Below are positions 11,821 through 29,700 of a stretch of 64,000 bases of DNA, one piece after another. The notes under the pieces were generated by a model, which saw only the letters and a program-made list of their open reading frames with translations, searched no databases and was not told the DNA's origin. Made by a program: the position numbers and the translations under genes. The stretch is from Zootoca vivipara. Lineage: Eukaryota. Location: positions 84,692,001-84,756,000 of the forward strand of contig NC_083276.1 in NCBI RefSeq assembly GCF_963506605.1, in the 5' to 3' direction. Each line of letters starts with the position of its first letter. Position 1 is the first letter of the stretch.

Positions 11821-12952
11821 TCGCCTGTCCTGTGCAGAAACCAGTAGCAGAGAAACGGGGAAAGAGCGGCTGCAAGGGGAACAATGTCTCTGGAAGCACC
11901 AAAGGCGTCCACACAACTTGAGCTGCTTCTAGGGCTGACCATGGCCGCACTCTTGGCTGCACTGCTCCTTACAGCACAGCAGGAGGTGGGTGCTGTGGGC
12001 AAAGGGCTCTGCAGGGGGAGAGGAAACAGAATGAGGTGCCGCAAAATCTATCCAGCCCGCAAGAACTCCCCACTGCAAAGGGAGAATGAACAAGGTAGTG
12101 ATGATCTGCCTCCCAGCAGGTAAAGCTGTATATATATATATATATATCGACTCAGAATTTCACCAGGTTGTTTCCCAATTTGAAGAATCCACTTCTCCAC
12201 TTTCAGCTCCTATTTATTTGGAAAGCAGTGCGCACACATGCCTTTTTAAATTGCTGCGATGGAGGAGTACAAGAGGCCCTCTTGGCCAACCTTCCCGCTC
12301 AAAGACAGGGTTTGTCCAACCGCCAGACCCCAACTGACCAAGCAACACAAACTAGATACCAATGCCACCTCAATAAATAAGTCAAGAACATGTCCAAGGG
12401 AAGGGCATGGCCAAAATGATAGTACATCAGGTACTATGTGTCATAATTGTTTATCTGTGAACAGGATCCTCAATTTCTCTTGGGTCCTGTTCACATAGCT
12501 GTCCCAGCTGTAACCATAAATGGGCCATGCATATGAACTTACAGGTTTGCGTCATTCTATGAAGCTTGAGAAGTTATCCTGTGAGTGTCAAATGTTGTCT
12601 CGCTCAGAAGAGGACCTGTAGTGTCTATTTGTTTCTGGGCACTTCTGTTGCTTTATTATTGATTTGCTCACTAGCATGATTACATAAATAGGCTGACTAC
12701 CACACAGAACAAACAGGAAACTTGATAAAATGGCAGGAACCTTTGGCCACCAAATTTTCCCTAGCACAGGGGAAATGAATGAACGCTGAGTCTGTGGTGC
12801 TCTTAGGTCTCATGGAGGAGCAACAGCATCCCAAACTTATCTCAGTACCGATCGGAGGATCTACCAGGAAATGTTGGGGTTTTATACTAGTTTTAACTTA
12901 AGTTTGGGTTCTTCTTAGGTCCAGTAGGGAAAGATCAGTGGAGGAGCTACAC

Positions 12953-13088
12953 CAGGAATCCCCAAACTTCGGCTCTCCAGATGTTTTGGACTACAATTCC
13001 CATCTTCCCTGACCACTGGTCCTGTTAGCTAGGGATCATGGGAGTTGTAGGCCAAAACATCTGGAGGGCCTCAGTTTGGGGATGCCTG
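12953..13088. mobile_element. Palindromic hAT MITE (136 bp)
   Basis: TIRs CAGGAATCCCCAAACT / AGTTTGGGGATGCCTG; 8-bp TSD AGCTACAC on both sides. Confidence 0.9.
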
Positions 13089-13171
13089 AGCTACACAATG
13101 AATGAATCTGTATGATGGAAGGCTTTCCAGAATGGAACAAGTTATAGTGTAAGGCAATGAGGTCACCACCT

Positions 13172-13218
13172 GAAGCTAAGCAGCCCTGTCAGTGCCTGGA
13201 TGGAAGACTGCCTGGGAA
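13172..13218 (+). pseudogene. Degenerate 5S rRNA-derived fragment (pseudogene or SINE3 head)
   Basis: GAAGCTAAGCAG...CAGTGCCTGGATGGAAGACTGCCTGGGAA resembles the vertebrate 5S internal control region. Confidence 0.5.
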
Positions 13219-13237
13219 CCTCATGTATGGTATATGA

Positions 13238-13385
13238 CAGAATCATAGAATTGTAGAGTTGGAATATACCCCCAAGGGTCATCTAGTCCAACCCCTTGCA
13301 ATGCAAGTTTCTCAACTAAAGCATCCATGACAGATGACTATCCAACCTCTGCTTAAAAAGGAAGGAGAGTCTACAACCTCCTGTG
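13238..13385 (-). mobile_element. CR1 LINE 3' end fragment
   Basis: AGAATCATAGAATTGTAGAGTTGG...GGTCATCTAGTCCAACCCC is the reverse complement of the CR1 (ATTCTATG)n tail and 3' UTR. Confidence 0.7.
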
Positions 13386-14558
13386 GGTTTATATTGACCT
13401 TTTGAGACTTTAAAACCTCCATTTCAGAGACCAAGGTAGGACTTTTCTTGTGCACAACTACTAGGCCTGACCCATGTCAGGACATCTTCTTCTACAATAA
13501 CTGTTATCCATAAAGACCCATTGTTTTAACAATCCCTCTGACCTCAAGTTCTCCTGTCTCCTTATGCCAGCTTTTCATCCCCCCTCCCCTCCCGCCTTTT
13601 TTCCCACATGGATATCCACAGGGGAATAAAATGGGGTGAGGGCAAAGTAAAATACTCCATATACAAATGTAAATGCATATCTAAAAGATGGGAGCAGGGA
13701 AATTTCTCACAAATGAGAATACAGTAGTGCCTGTACATTTTACCTCTTATCTCAGATTCTACAAATTATAGAAACATACCCTTTTAAAAAAGGAATGCTA
13801 ATAATTGGTGGATTATGGTTCATTGGGGGATGGGGGCTGCCCCCTTGGCCCCTCCCATGGCAGCCATGTTTCCATAGGGTTCAATCCTGCTCCCCATCAT
13901 CATTTGATACTCTTCTAACTTCTTAAAATCACCTAGGTTCAATATACCTTAGTTTATCCAGAGGTTGCCCTTGTTCTTTGTTCCACCTGATGGTGAGCTG
14001 GGCACTTGATGTCTTGGGGGAGGCAAGAGCTTACCATCACCCCAAACCTGCTCCCTCCTCCCCTACTGATCAACAACTTCAGTAGCCAATGGGAAGTTGG
14101 GGGTTATTGTGACATCAGAGCTTTATGCTTTCCTTAAGGATGTGGGGTGGGGGAGGGAACCTACAAAGGGTCACACTTTTGGGAACATGTGAATTCATAC
14201 TTTATTTTCCCAGTACTTGCTCCTTCACCATCCCAGTCTCACCTTTGACCCTTTCACTGTGGCAATCCATCAATGTTTACTAGCGCTTCTGGTTCATAAA
14301 TGCTTCTCTGGAGTATGTAAGAAAAAGTGTTTGGATCATTACAGTAAGAGGACTCTTTCTGCAAAGTTGCCTTGATGTGGGGCTTCAGGGTTTCCTGGAA
14401 AGAGGAACTGATCCTTAAATTGTAGCCCTATGTTAAATTGTTTCCCGGGGACAGCCCCCAGATTTACAAATCAGTCCCCTGACAAAATCCATCCCCTTCA
14501 ACTGAAGTTGAAAAAAAATTCATTGAAAAAAATATTGTAACCTTACTATGAGGGGAAT

Positions 14559-14792
14559 AGGTAAAGGTAAAGGGACCCCTGACCATTAGGTCCAGTCGTG
14601 ACCGACTCTGGGGTTGCGACGCTCATCTCGCGTTATTGGCCGAGGGAGCCGGCGCACAGCTTCCAGGTCATGTGGCCAGCATGACAAATCAAAGCTGCTT
14701 CTGGCGAACCAGAGCACCACACGGAAATGCTGTTTACCTTCCCGCTGTAGTGGTACCTATTTATCTACTTGCACTTTGATGTGCTTTAGAAC
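14559..14792 (-). mobile_element. Sauria SINE, 5'-truncated
   Basis: (AAAGGT)n tail followed by the reverse complement of the 3' half of the 36669 copy. Confidence 0.9.
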
Positions 14793-16058
14793 GGGATCTG
14801 CTAATAACTCTCAGCACTCTTAACAAAGTATAGTTCCCAGGATTCTTTGGGGGAAGCCATAACTGTTAAAGTTGGGTCATAGTGCCTTAAAACTCTATTG
14901 CAGATGTGGCCAAACTCAGATACAGGAGATATTAGGCCCAAGGGAAGGAAAAGGGGAAGCGGCTGTCGAAGGTTAGTGCATATAAACTTGCTGAAGAAGT
15001 CAGAGAAAAGTGGTAGTTTTCCGTAGCCTTAGTGAGAACTTGGGAATTACCCAAACTATGCCTGAGAAGCTCAGTGATAGTGTCCTCTTCCAGTAGGTAT
15101 TGCTTCCTATGCCAACCACAACCAAGTTTCCTGACTCACACAGTGCCTTGGAAGCTGATGGCAATCAGGGAATCTGCGTAAGCTTTGCTGGATGAGATCT
15201 TTATTTGAAATGAAGGTGTGAGTAGCATAGCACCACCATGAAATGTCAAGGAATTTTGTCACGTAACAACTATTGTCCCAAGTTATGTCAGAAACAAAAA
15301 GACAATTCTGCCCCGGTGCCTCTCTTGATAGCTCAAACACAGCCATTTGGGTTTCCTAACAGCAGAGAAATGAATTCCACAGAAGCCCCTTGGATTTCGT
15401 TGTGATTCTGAAGGGATCTTGCAGAATCAGTGAATTTATTCCTTACCACAAAGTGTCTTCAGCCCTCTTTGGTTTGCATCTGTATAAACTGCAATAACAA
15501 AGACTGCAATCCTACAGACTGAGCAGAGATGGGAGACATGGTGGTTCTCTAGCTGTTCTTAGACTACAGCTCCCATCATCCCTGGCCATTGGCTATGCTG
15601 GCTAGGGCTCATGGGATTCGGAGTCCCATAATCTCTTGAGTGAAAGGAGGGCACAGGTTCCCCAGTCCTTCACTGGAGAGCCAGTCTCATAAACTAACAT
15701 AGGATTGTGTCATGGGGCTTTTCTACAACATTTACATGGGTTTTAACAGTCAGGGCTTCTCCCTGTAGATTCTGTCTTGGTGAAGCTGCTGACAATTGTA
15801 TTAGCCAATTATGTAGCAGTAGTTCTACAGGGAGGGGCATTTGTCAAGGGCATCATGATAAACAAGGAGTCACAGTACCACAGAAGACCCCTAATATGGA
15901 TTGGACTTAGGTCTCCCATGTGGGACAGTGATTTGAGCAGAGGTAGTAACCTTCAGGAATGGCGTGTGACTTCTTGATGCTTATAGGCCAGCAGACCAAG
16001 GAAACAGCTGTTGAGTCAAGAAGAAAACTACACCACATTTCTGTGACACAGTTAATAT

Positions 16059-16064
16059 TTTATT
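16059..16064 (-). terminator. Candidate polyadenylation signal of the minus-strand alpha-tubulin
   Basis: AATAAA (minus) ~70 nt after the stop; ATTAAA also present at 16103-16108. Confidence 0.55.
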
Positions 16065-16135
16065 TTGCGAAGGGAATCCCCAAGTGGCAAGGCAATGGAC
16101 ACTTTAATTCCCCACAATACACAGATTGAGCTGTG

Positions 16136-21169
<5,034 letters not shown>

Positions 21170-21254
21170 CCTGCAAAATGTCTTCTTCGACCTGGCGCCG
21201 ATGAGCTCAGAGGACGAAGGATGGGAACCAAAGGGTTTTCCTGCAGCGCCTGCC

Positions 21255-21261
21255 TTTTATA
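21255..21261 (-). promoter_or_regulatory. TATA box of the minus-strand alpha-tubulin
   Basis: TATAAAA on the minus strand ~85 nt upstream of the ATG/GTGAGT first exon. Confidence 0.7.
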
Positions 21262-21859
21262 ACATTCCATAGCCCATCTCCAGGCATGAGGGATGCTTTG
21301 TTGTTAGAGATGGACACGGAGCTTAGCCTGAATGGTTTCTGAGTTACCGCCGGACTCAACACACAATTCACAGAGAAAGCCAAGCTAAGCCTCCCGGGGC
21401 CTTGGTTACACCAAACATAGCTAGGGACTTGTGTATTGGGGAGGGACTGTCCCCAGAGGATTATTATGTGTGCAGCCAAGCCTCACCTTAAAAAAAAGAG
21501 AAAAGGCTGGTATTTTGTTATTAACTCCTCCAGTCCTGCCTGCTGATGTGCTAGCATGGAGTGGGGAATATTTTTCTGTCAAAGGGCCACATTTTGGGCA
21601 ACCTTCCAAGGGGCACATGCCAGTGAGGCAAAAGTGCACAGAGCAGCAGGTGTGAATGTCACCTTTGTGAAGTAGACTAGTTTCTACACACACTTGCATA
21701 CACATCTTACCCTCCAGCCACAGAAGCAAGAGGCATTATCAGAGGTCAAAGGCAATTCCAGCCAGAAAAATAAAAAAAATCAAGGGGGCTACAAAGCAGG
21801 GCTGGCAATGGCTTGGAGAAAGCAGGGTGGCTGAGGAGGGGCTGGCCTGAGGCTCCCAA

Positions 21860-22170
21860 GGACTGGCTGGATGCAGAGCCATGGTGGGAGGCACCAGCTT
21901 GGGAGCCCCCCAGGGAAGAAGGCTCGGAGCCAGGAGATTGGTGGTGGAATGGTGATGAGTGGTCAGAGGGAGCAGACTGGGAGGAAGAGGTGTCGGAAGC
22001 TGAAGAGGCAACAGGGTTTAGTGAGCAGGAAGAGGCTGTGGCAGAGTGCAGTCCAGAATCAGAGGCAGAATCAGAGGCTGGAGAGGAGCCATGAAGCAGT
22101 GATGGGTCAGGCTGCAACAGGCAGCTCCCGTCCCCTCTGGTCTCCCTGAACCTGAAGAAGTATAAATACA
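21860..22170 (+). mobile_element. Purine-rich interspersed repeat fragment (probably LTR-retrotransposon derived)
   Basis: GGACTGGCTGGATGCAGAG...GGTGGGAGGCACCAGC...GAGTGGTCAGAGGGAG resembles a repeat recalled from lacertid genomes; no splice structure. Confidence 0.4.
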
Positions 22171-22684
22171 AAGCTCAATCAAATTTCCCCTCCATTCCTA
22201 TCTCACAGTGGCCCACCAGGTGCCTATGGGAAGCCCTCAAACAGAACATAAGCACAACTAGCCATGATAGCTACACTTTGCCTCCATGGTTGGAGGTAGA
22301 AACGCTTCTGGATACTAGTTGCTGAAAGCCACAGGAAGGGAGAGTTCTCTTGTGACTGAGTCCTGTTTATGGGCTTCCCACAAGCATCTGGTTGGCCACT
22401 GTGAGAACAGAGTGCTGGACTCAATGGGCCATTGGCCTGATCCAGCAGGCTCTTTTTATATTCTTAACAGCCCTTTCTTGCTTGCCATTCCCAACAACTA
22501 ATGTTGTTACCTAATGTAAATGGCCAAGGTGCTCACTCTCTCTGAGCCACACCTGCCTTTGAATTGCCTCCTTGTTTGCCTAATGGCATGTTCAGCCAAG
22601 CGGTGACCATGGGGACAATGATGAGACAAGGCAGAAGTTGGTTGTCCTTCATTTTTTTCTGTCAACCCTGCGCTGAGCCACAAT

Positions 22685-22732
<48 letters not shown>

Positions 22733-22845
22733 CCATGGAGTGGGGGAGCCACTCCATGGTGTGCATACTTATAGGTAAGACTTGTTAAGACTTGATAGAG
22801 TTTAGCCTTCCACTACCCAACAACCTAGCAGCCAGCAAGGGACAA

Positions 22846-22905
22846 TGCTGCCCTCTTGTGGTGCATAGCCCACTAAGCATGCTTTGATGGCATTGCCAAG
22901 GCAAC
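22846..22905. promoter_or_regulatory. Candidate CTCF site (22846-22861) and RFX X-box (22892-22905)
   Basis: Minus-strand CCACAAGAGGGCAGCA fits the CTCF core; ATTGCCAAGGCAAC matches the X-box GTTGCCATGGCAAC at 12/14 positions. Confidence 0.5.
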
Positions 22906-24483
22906 CGGCAAGTCTCAACAGAGAGCGAACAGAGTTAGGGAAGAACAACAGAGACCCATTGTTGGCGGCAGCCTTTCTGGAATGGTGGGAGCAGGGCAGA
23001 GTTTCACAGATGCTTTCCTAGAAGGAAAAAGCTCCTCTTCCCTTTTAGCCTGGGTTTCTCCGTCTTGTTTTCCTTTGGGGGATCAGAATTCCTACCCGCA
23101 GTGTAAAGCAGTGGGCCATCACGCTTAGGAAAGGAACTTAGCAATGGATCTTAGTGGAAGTTTGCAAATCTTGAGTTCATGGGCTGCGATCATCAAGGGA
23201 TCCAAGCTGCAATCTCCATTCCAGGGTGCCAGAGTCAAGAAGCCATGCCGGGCAGTGAAGCTTCCCCATAAAGAGACCCTCCAGTGGAGCAGGTAAGGGC
23301 TCTGCTCTTGTGCCATGCTCAGGAAAGGGTTAAAAGGCTTCCTTGGAGACCTTGGTGGTAAGGAACTTCGTGGTACAATTGGGGGGTAGAGTAAAAGCAT
23401 TAGCCAAAAATCCTAGTCAGGGTCTGACTCAACATCTGTTAATTAATTTAATTCATTGAATTTATATACCGCCCTAAACCCGGAGGTCTCAGGGCGGTTC
23501 ACAGAACAAAATCAAAATATAAAACCACAAAATATATAATCAAAATAAAAACAACAACCCAATAACACACACCCCCAAAAAAACACCACATATTAAAAGG
23601 GCATAGGATGTTAATTTACAACTGTGGAGCACATGCAGGCCAAATTCAAAGATTCTGGGTTTAACCCAAGGGGGGGTGCTTTTTTGAAGCCCAATTGTTG
23701 TGTCCATATGGATTTTCAGTAAGGGGGTTGCAGGGTATGGGGTGAACCATTCCTTTATCAATTGCAACCCCCCCCCCAATGCCCCCTGCATGGCAATTGG
23801 AGACCATGGGGGAGATTTCCTCCCCCCCCCAAAAAAAAACTATTTGCTGAGCATGAGGAGGACAGGGGAGGCATAGCCTGGATCTGGAGGTCCCAGAGGC
23901 CATATCCAGCCCCCAGGTGCAGAGTTCTCCATCCATGGTTTAGGGGCATCTTTATACGAATGGTCCCTCTAACTCCTGCATCCTGTTCTCACCAGATGCC
24001 TATGGGGAGCCTGTAAGCAGGACCTGCCCACTCCCATTCCCAGCAAGGAGCATTCAGAAGTATCCTGTCTCCATTGCTAGAGGTAGAACATAGTCATTGT
24101 TTCTTTACTGTACGTTATTACACATACATCGTCTTAGTTGTGCTCATATGGTTAGATAGAATATGCTATCTCTGGCAGCATCTTTGGGGAGTGACAGATT
24201 AATGCCTCCCCTTAGTTCCAAGCTGGTGGATCTTTTGCAAATAACCACCCACCTACATGCAGCTGGAAGGTGGATAGAATCTGTCCATGCCTGTCAGCCC
24301 ATCCAGAAGCTGCTGGCTTCTTACAGCTGCATTTTGGAGCAAGGCCGACACAGATCAAGTTTTCAAACAGCAGTTACCCAATCCTTTCTAGCTACCCAAG
24401 CATGCTAGTTCTCTACATATGCTTTGAGAACTTTTTGTTGAAATAAATATATCCAAGGAAACAATAAAAAGTGGAGAAGGTAG

Positions 24484-25332
24484 TGTTATAAGAATTCTAA
24501 GGTCTCAAATAAGTGTTCATAAATGTACAAGGCAAACACATACATAACTATATAAACCATAGTTCTAGTTACAGGTAGGTAGCCGTGTTGGTCTGACGTA
24601 GTCGAAACAAAATAAAAAAATTCCTTCCGGTAGCACCTTAGAGACCAACTAAGTTTGTCGTTGGTATGAGCTTTTGTGTGCATATAAACCATGTGTGCAT
24701 ATAAACCATGTGTCCGAAATAGTACAGGAGAGCAATCCTGAAGCCATTTTGACTCTCCCAGTGACCTCAAATATTCCTCTGCAGTAAGGGAGGAAATGGG
24801 GAAAGCTTCCCCATTGTTTTTTGCTTACAAATCCTATCTTAAGGGCATATTTGTGTATGAGAAGGGTGAGCCTGTGACCTGGATTCAGGAACTAAACTAT
24901 TAACCATCACAAAAGAATGGCCAGGCTGCCCAGGTAAAGCAATTAGTGACCATTGTCAGGTATCCTGACAGACAGGATTTCTGTTGTAGACTGCCCCCTG
25001 TGATGTATTTCTGTTGGAGACCGCCTCCTTCTGTGATGTATGTATGATGGTGGGGTTTTTTTGGGGGGGGGGGTCCTTGACCTACAGGATGGGCAATTTC
25101 AAAAGTCTATATAAGGGCTTGCACACCATTATTCTGGGTTCCTCTTCTCCCTCCCTGAATGGGGTGAGTGGGGGCCCCTGTTGCAACAGTTTAATAAAGA
25201 TCAGGCTTACTAGCTGCTTTGCTTCTCAATATTCTCTGGTTGGCCTCTGTTATTTTCTCCTACCGATAGGGAACCCACTTAAGGACTCTCGGATACCCCA
25301 TTAGGGGAAAGGAGCAGTTTTTTCTTATAACA
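24484..25332 (+). mobile_element. Solo LTR (849 bp) with a nested Penelope-like fragment
   Basis: Perfect 11-bp terminal inverted repeat TGTTATAAGAA/TTCTTATAACA, 4-bp TSD GTAG, internal TATATAA (~25088) and AATAAA (~25193). Nested 24561-24681 matches the 62041 element and is flanked by ATATAAACCAT. Confidence 0.8.
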
Positions 25333-26369
25333 GTAGCAAGGGGAAGCAAGAGATACCGGTATGTCTGTCATTTTTGCAGGTCTCTTGATTCCACACGATA
25401 AGGAGTTGTTGTGGACAAACCCCACTTCTCCAGGACAAAAGTAGTCTGAACGTTGGGTTGGTAGTACCCTCTAGCGGCAAATAGTAGTAATACATGTTTG
25501 TTGCATGTTTTGCGACTACAACTCCCATCATCCCTAGCTAACAGGACCAGTGGTCAGGGATGATGGGAATTGTAGTCTCAAACTGATGTACAGTGTGAGG
25601 ATTATGTGGGAGAGAGAAGACACTGGCTTATCAGAATCTCTTGCCGAGCAGAGCAGGTGACAGATAGTTGTGAAAGGAAAGAACTGTTGTCAGGGGGAAA
25701 GTGGAACCCCCAGTACTTTCAGTGAACATAGTGTTTTCTTTTCCACCAGTGCACTCATGCATCTGCAAGGAAGGCAGTATGGCATGTATTTGTGTCAGAT
25801 ATTGGGAGCAGGAGAGATCTGCTGTTTTGCAGCTTGCAGTCCACATTTATTTTCCATGTGCATGGTAAGAGATGACCTGGGACTGTTTGATCCCCATTAA
25901 GACTCGTGTCCTGGCCTCTTGCATCTTTTTCAAGCCTGTACTGCTGAGAGTGACCTGGTGGATAGAGAGCACCTGTTAGGACTTCAGCAAGGAGGTTGCT
26001 CTGATCATAGCCAAAGAGTTAAGAAAAGGAGCAGAATGACACCCCCAGCCTGAACTTCCAATACTAAATTGACAGCCACCGCTGGCTGTTCTGCTCTGTA
26101 GATAAAGATAAGAGCATCACCCTATCGAGGATGCAGCTCTGTGGTGCAAGCCTAATATGCTTGACACATGCATCATTTCATTAATTCAAAGTTAAACAAT
26201 GGGCTGTGTTAAATGTTTATGCATCAACAAGTACATACAAATGAGAAGCTTTGGGTTTCTACCCGCAGACACAGCCTGCAATTCTGGGGCTCTTTGCTAG
26301 CTAGGAACTGACATGCTCATTCCGCAGCATGAAGGCAACGTGTGCTGGTAAATAATGGGTAAGGCCCTA

Positions 26370-26797
26370 GTAGTGATGTATGGAAGTGAGAGCTGAACCA
26401 TAAAGAAGGCTGATCGCCAAAGAATTGATGCTTTTGAATTATGGTGCTGGAGGAGACTCTTGAGAGTCCCATGGACTGCAAGAAGATCAAACCTATCCAT
26501 TCTTAAGTAAATCAGCCCTGAGGGCTCACTGGAAGGACAGATCGTGAAGCTGAGGCTCCAATACTTTGGCCACCTCATGAGAAGAGAAGATTCCCTGGAA
26601 AAGACCCTGATGTCGGGAAAGATGGAGGGCACTAGGAGAAGGGGACAACAGAGGACGAGATGGTTGGACAGTGTTCTCAAAGCTACGAACATGAGTCTGG
26701 CCAAACTGCAGTAGGCAGTGGAAGACAGGAATGCCTGGCGTGCTCTGGTCCATGGGGTCACGAAGAGTCGGACACGACTAAATGACTAAACAACAAC
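26370..26797 (+). mobile_element. BovB (RTE-clade) LINE, 5'-truncated
   Basis: GAATTGATGCTTTTGAATTATGGTGCTGGAGGAGACTCTTGAGAGTCCC...GTCCATGGGGTCACGAAGAGTCGGACACGACT followed by a (CAA)n tail; 9-bp TSD AAGGCCCTA. Confidence 0.93.
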
Positions 26798-29700
26798 AAG
26801 GCCCTAAAACCAAGTCTGACTGCCAGGCAGTGGGAGCTGGGATTTCCTGGGTTTGGTGGGAAATTGTCCTCAGTCCCTTTCTATTCTCTTTGGGCCTGAA
26901 CCCATGTATACTATCTCAAACAATAACCCTTGGAGGAAGAATGGAATCAAAATTTTAAAATATGGGGGAAGGGGAGTAGTGGGAAGGAAGGAATCAGCAT
27001 TTTGGTTTATTACATTTCTTAACCCCCCCCCCACACACACAATGTATCTTTTAACAGATTCAAATATTCAGAATAAGGCAGTCCATGTAGGAGAAGAATA
27101 ATTCTGATCCGAAACCTCCGATGCCTTGCAGGATTTCTTCAGAAGAAGAAAAGGCTAAGGAGTAAAACCTACACAGATCTGGAGTGTAGGGTATCTCCTG
27201 TAGCCAGGCTAGTGCCAAATATATTGCTCTGCTTTCCCTTGGACCACAACAGCGAGGCTGAGAGAGGGGTATCATCATCTGGGCAGCTCAGGACCCCCCC
27301 CACACACACACACACAAACGCACAGTGCCCAGGTTTGTACCCCAGAGAGGTCACTTTGGTGCTGCTAATGCATCAGTTTGACTTCACCACCCTGGAGGCA
27401 CATTCCGTTGTCTCTTGAGTCAGGCGAATGCCAACAAAAACAATAATAACCACACCTCTTCAGCTTGAGCAAGCCCCCACCTCCAGCTTCTGCTGCCCCA
27501 CATGCATTTGCTCTAAAGCTCACACAGAAATACGGGTGTTGTTGCCAGAATGGATGCAAGTCCCCTACAGGGTTCCTCATGCACTCTCCTCTGCATGGAT
27601 CCGATGGATCCCTTGCTGTGGATCTCAGTGTCAAAGTATAGCAAGCCAGAAATTAGGCACTGTGCCCTTGACCTCTTCATAGCAATCTTTCCCCGTTAAC
27701 AGAGGCCTAGAAGCAACCCGGAGGTCCTGGAATGCGCATGTTAATGAGGGAACAGCTTGTCCCTGGCCATGCCTGTCAGCAACCACGTGAAAGAACAAAG
27801 CCACCCCATTCCAGTCCCAGGCAGCAGAAGCGTGCAGAGACTTAAAACTTCCCCTGTGCAAAGTTTCAGTTGGCCTAATCTTATCCTTCCGCAGCCCATT
27901 TTACACTTCAGGGAGACCTGCTTACTTGGGAATGCTCTATTTACATTCCACTGTCCTGGGCAACCTTAGAAATGAACGATGCTGCTGATAAGACTTAACA
28001 GGACAAAACAGACCAGAGCAATGTTAATCTCGCAGTTTACAGAATAACACAGCCCAGCTAACTCCCATTTATTTCCCTCTATTTGTCACTTGGCCTAGTG
28101 CAAAACCTGGCATGGACGTCTCTGGAACGGGTTATGACTTTGGACTCTCCTCTCTTATGGTTCTGGCTATACGTGGAGCGAATCAATAAACGTTACAGGC
28201 CCCTCCCCGAGCGCGCGGGCTAATCTCTCTTCCAGCCTCTCCCTGCACAATTTAGGCGGATTACTTGCTCTGCTGTTCAACCACAGATTCCCCCACTCCC
28301 CCCGCCCGTTTGTATTATTACAGCATGCATCTAATGGGCGCAGGCAACAAGATCTGGCTGCTTCTGCTTGCTTGTTAACTCAACAAAATTCTTTCGCGAA
28401 CCAATCATTTCCTCCCGCAAGCCCTCCCCTTTTGCGCTCGGCTGCCTCCAGGCCTCTGTTCTCCCAACGGTTTCTGGCACAGCCAGGCCCCCGTGTGGTT
28501 GGCTGGCTGTCGCTAAACTGGAGCATTTCCTTTCCAGCTCTGCTGGGGGCTGTTGACGAGCTGCTTACACAACACGGGGGTTTCGCCCATCTGTCAGCTG
28601 AAGCGCGCACTGCGCGTAAACAGGCACCCATCATCAGAGATCAAGGAGGAGGTGCCGGGGCGAAGGCCCCGTCCTGCTGGTTCTTTTCGCCTAATCTGCT
28701 AATCCGCAATACAGAACGGATCCCGGGTTCTGTGCAAAAATCAAGCGGGCCTAAAAGCTTTGCCAAGCAGGCTTTGAGTGGGTGGTCACCTGGAAAGTAG
28801 CTTTTGCGAGTTACGGGAGTTCACCGGCTGCCTTAGGGAGGGGCAGTTATGCGCTGTGTAGTCCCGCTCGCCTGCTGTCTGGGCGAGGTGCTCGGTGCTC
28901 AAAACCAGTGATCAAAGGGCAACAATCCACGCTTTGCAGCCCTAAACTCTCAGCTAATTGCCTTGCCTGACAACTTCTCTTGGCCACTTGCCAGGGAGCG
29001 CTGCTGCTGCTTACAAGAGGGCGTCCACTTAACGATTTTTGCGCCTGTAGGTTTTCCTCTCCCCACCTGGGCGCGGAAAGCTTTGGATCGGGGCTGTGGC
29101 GCAGGGCCAAAGGTTTAGACCTCTCTGTCATGTTCAGCCCTCCCCAGTCCGCAAAGCTGAGCAAGAGGAGCAAGACTTTCCAACTGGATCTGGGCATCCC
29201 TGCTGCAGGACTGGGGGGTCCCCACACCAGTCCCCGGGTGGTCCCTGGTTGTCTTTCAGATATGCCCCTTAGTCACCCACACAGGAGCATTAAGGAGATA
29301 GCAAACCCAGCACATTTCCTCACCAGCAGATACCTAGCTAGTTCCATGTGCGGCTTGTCTCAAGAGGAGAAAGACCTGCTCACATCTGGGCCTTCTTCTA
29401 GGGAGGCCTTTTCTGTATTAATGGTATCAAGGAGCTCTTGCATTTTGCAGAGGAGCGTACCAGAGCACACGCTAAATTCATGAAAGTTTTGGTCAGGTGG
29501 TGTTGGGTCCCCCCACTTCTCTGAAGATACACCCCAGAACACAGCCAGAGCATTGCAGGAAAAGATTGGTTGTGACGACCAAGGAATCCTTTCTTGAGAC
29601 TTCAAGCATCATGTAGAACAGATGCATAGCATATTTCCTTCCCCATTAGCAGCTTCTAGCAGTCTCTGGGCATTGGTGGTGAGTACCTTGGCTATCCTAG

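Noticed and set aside
21813-22094. 93-aa Trp/Glu-rich ORF as a novel gene
   Set aside because: It starts at TTG rather than ATG, has no splice or polyA support, and looks like a purine-rich interspersed repeat.
26297-26761. 154-aa minus-strand ORF
   Set aside because: Antisense reading of the BovB fragment.
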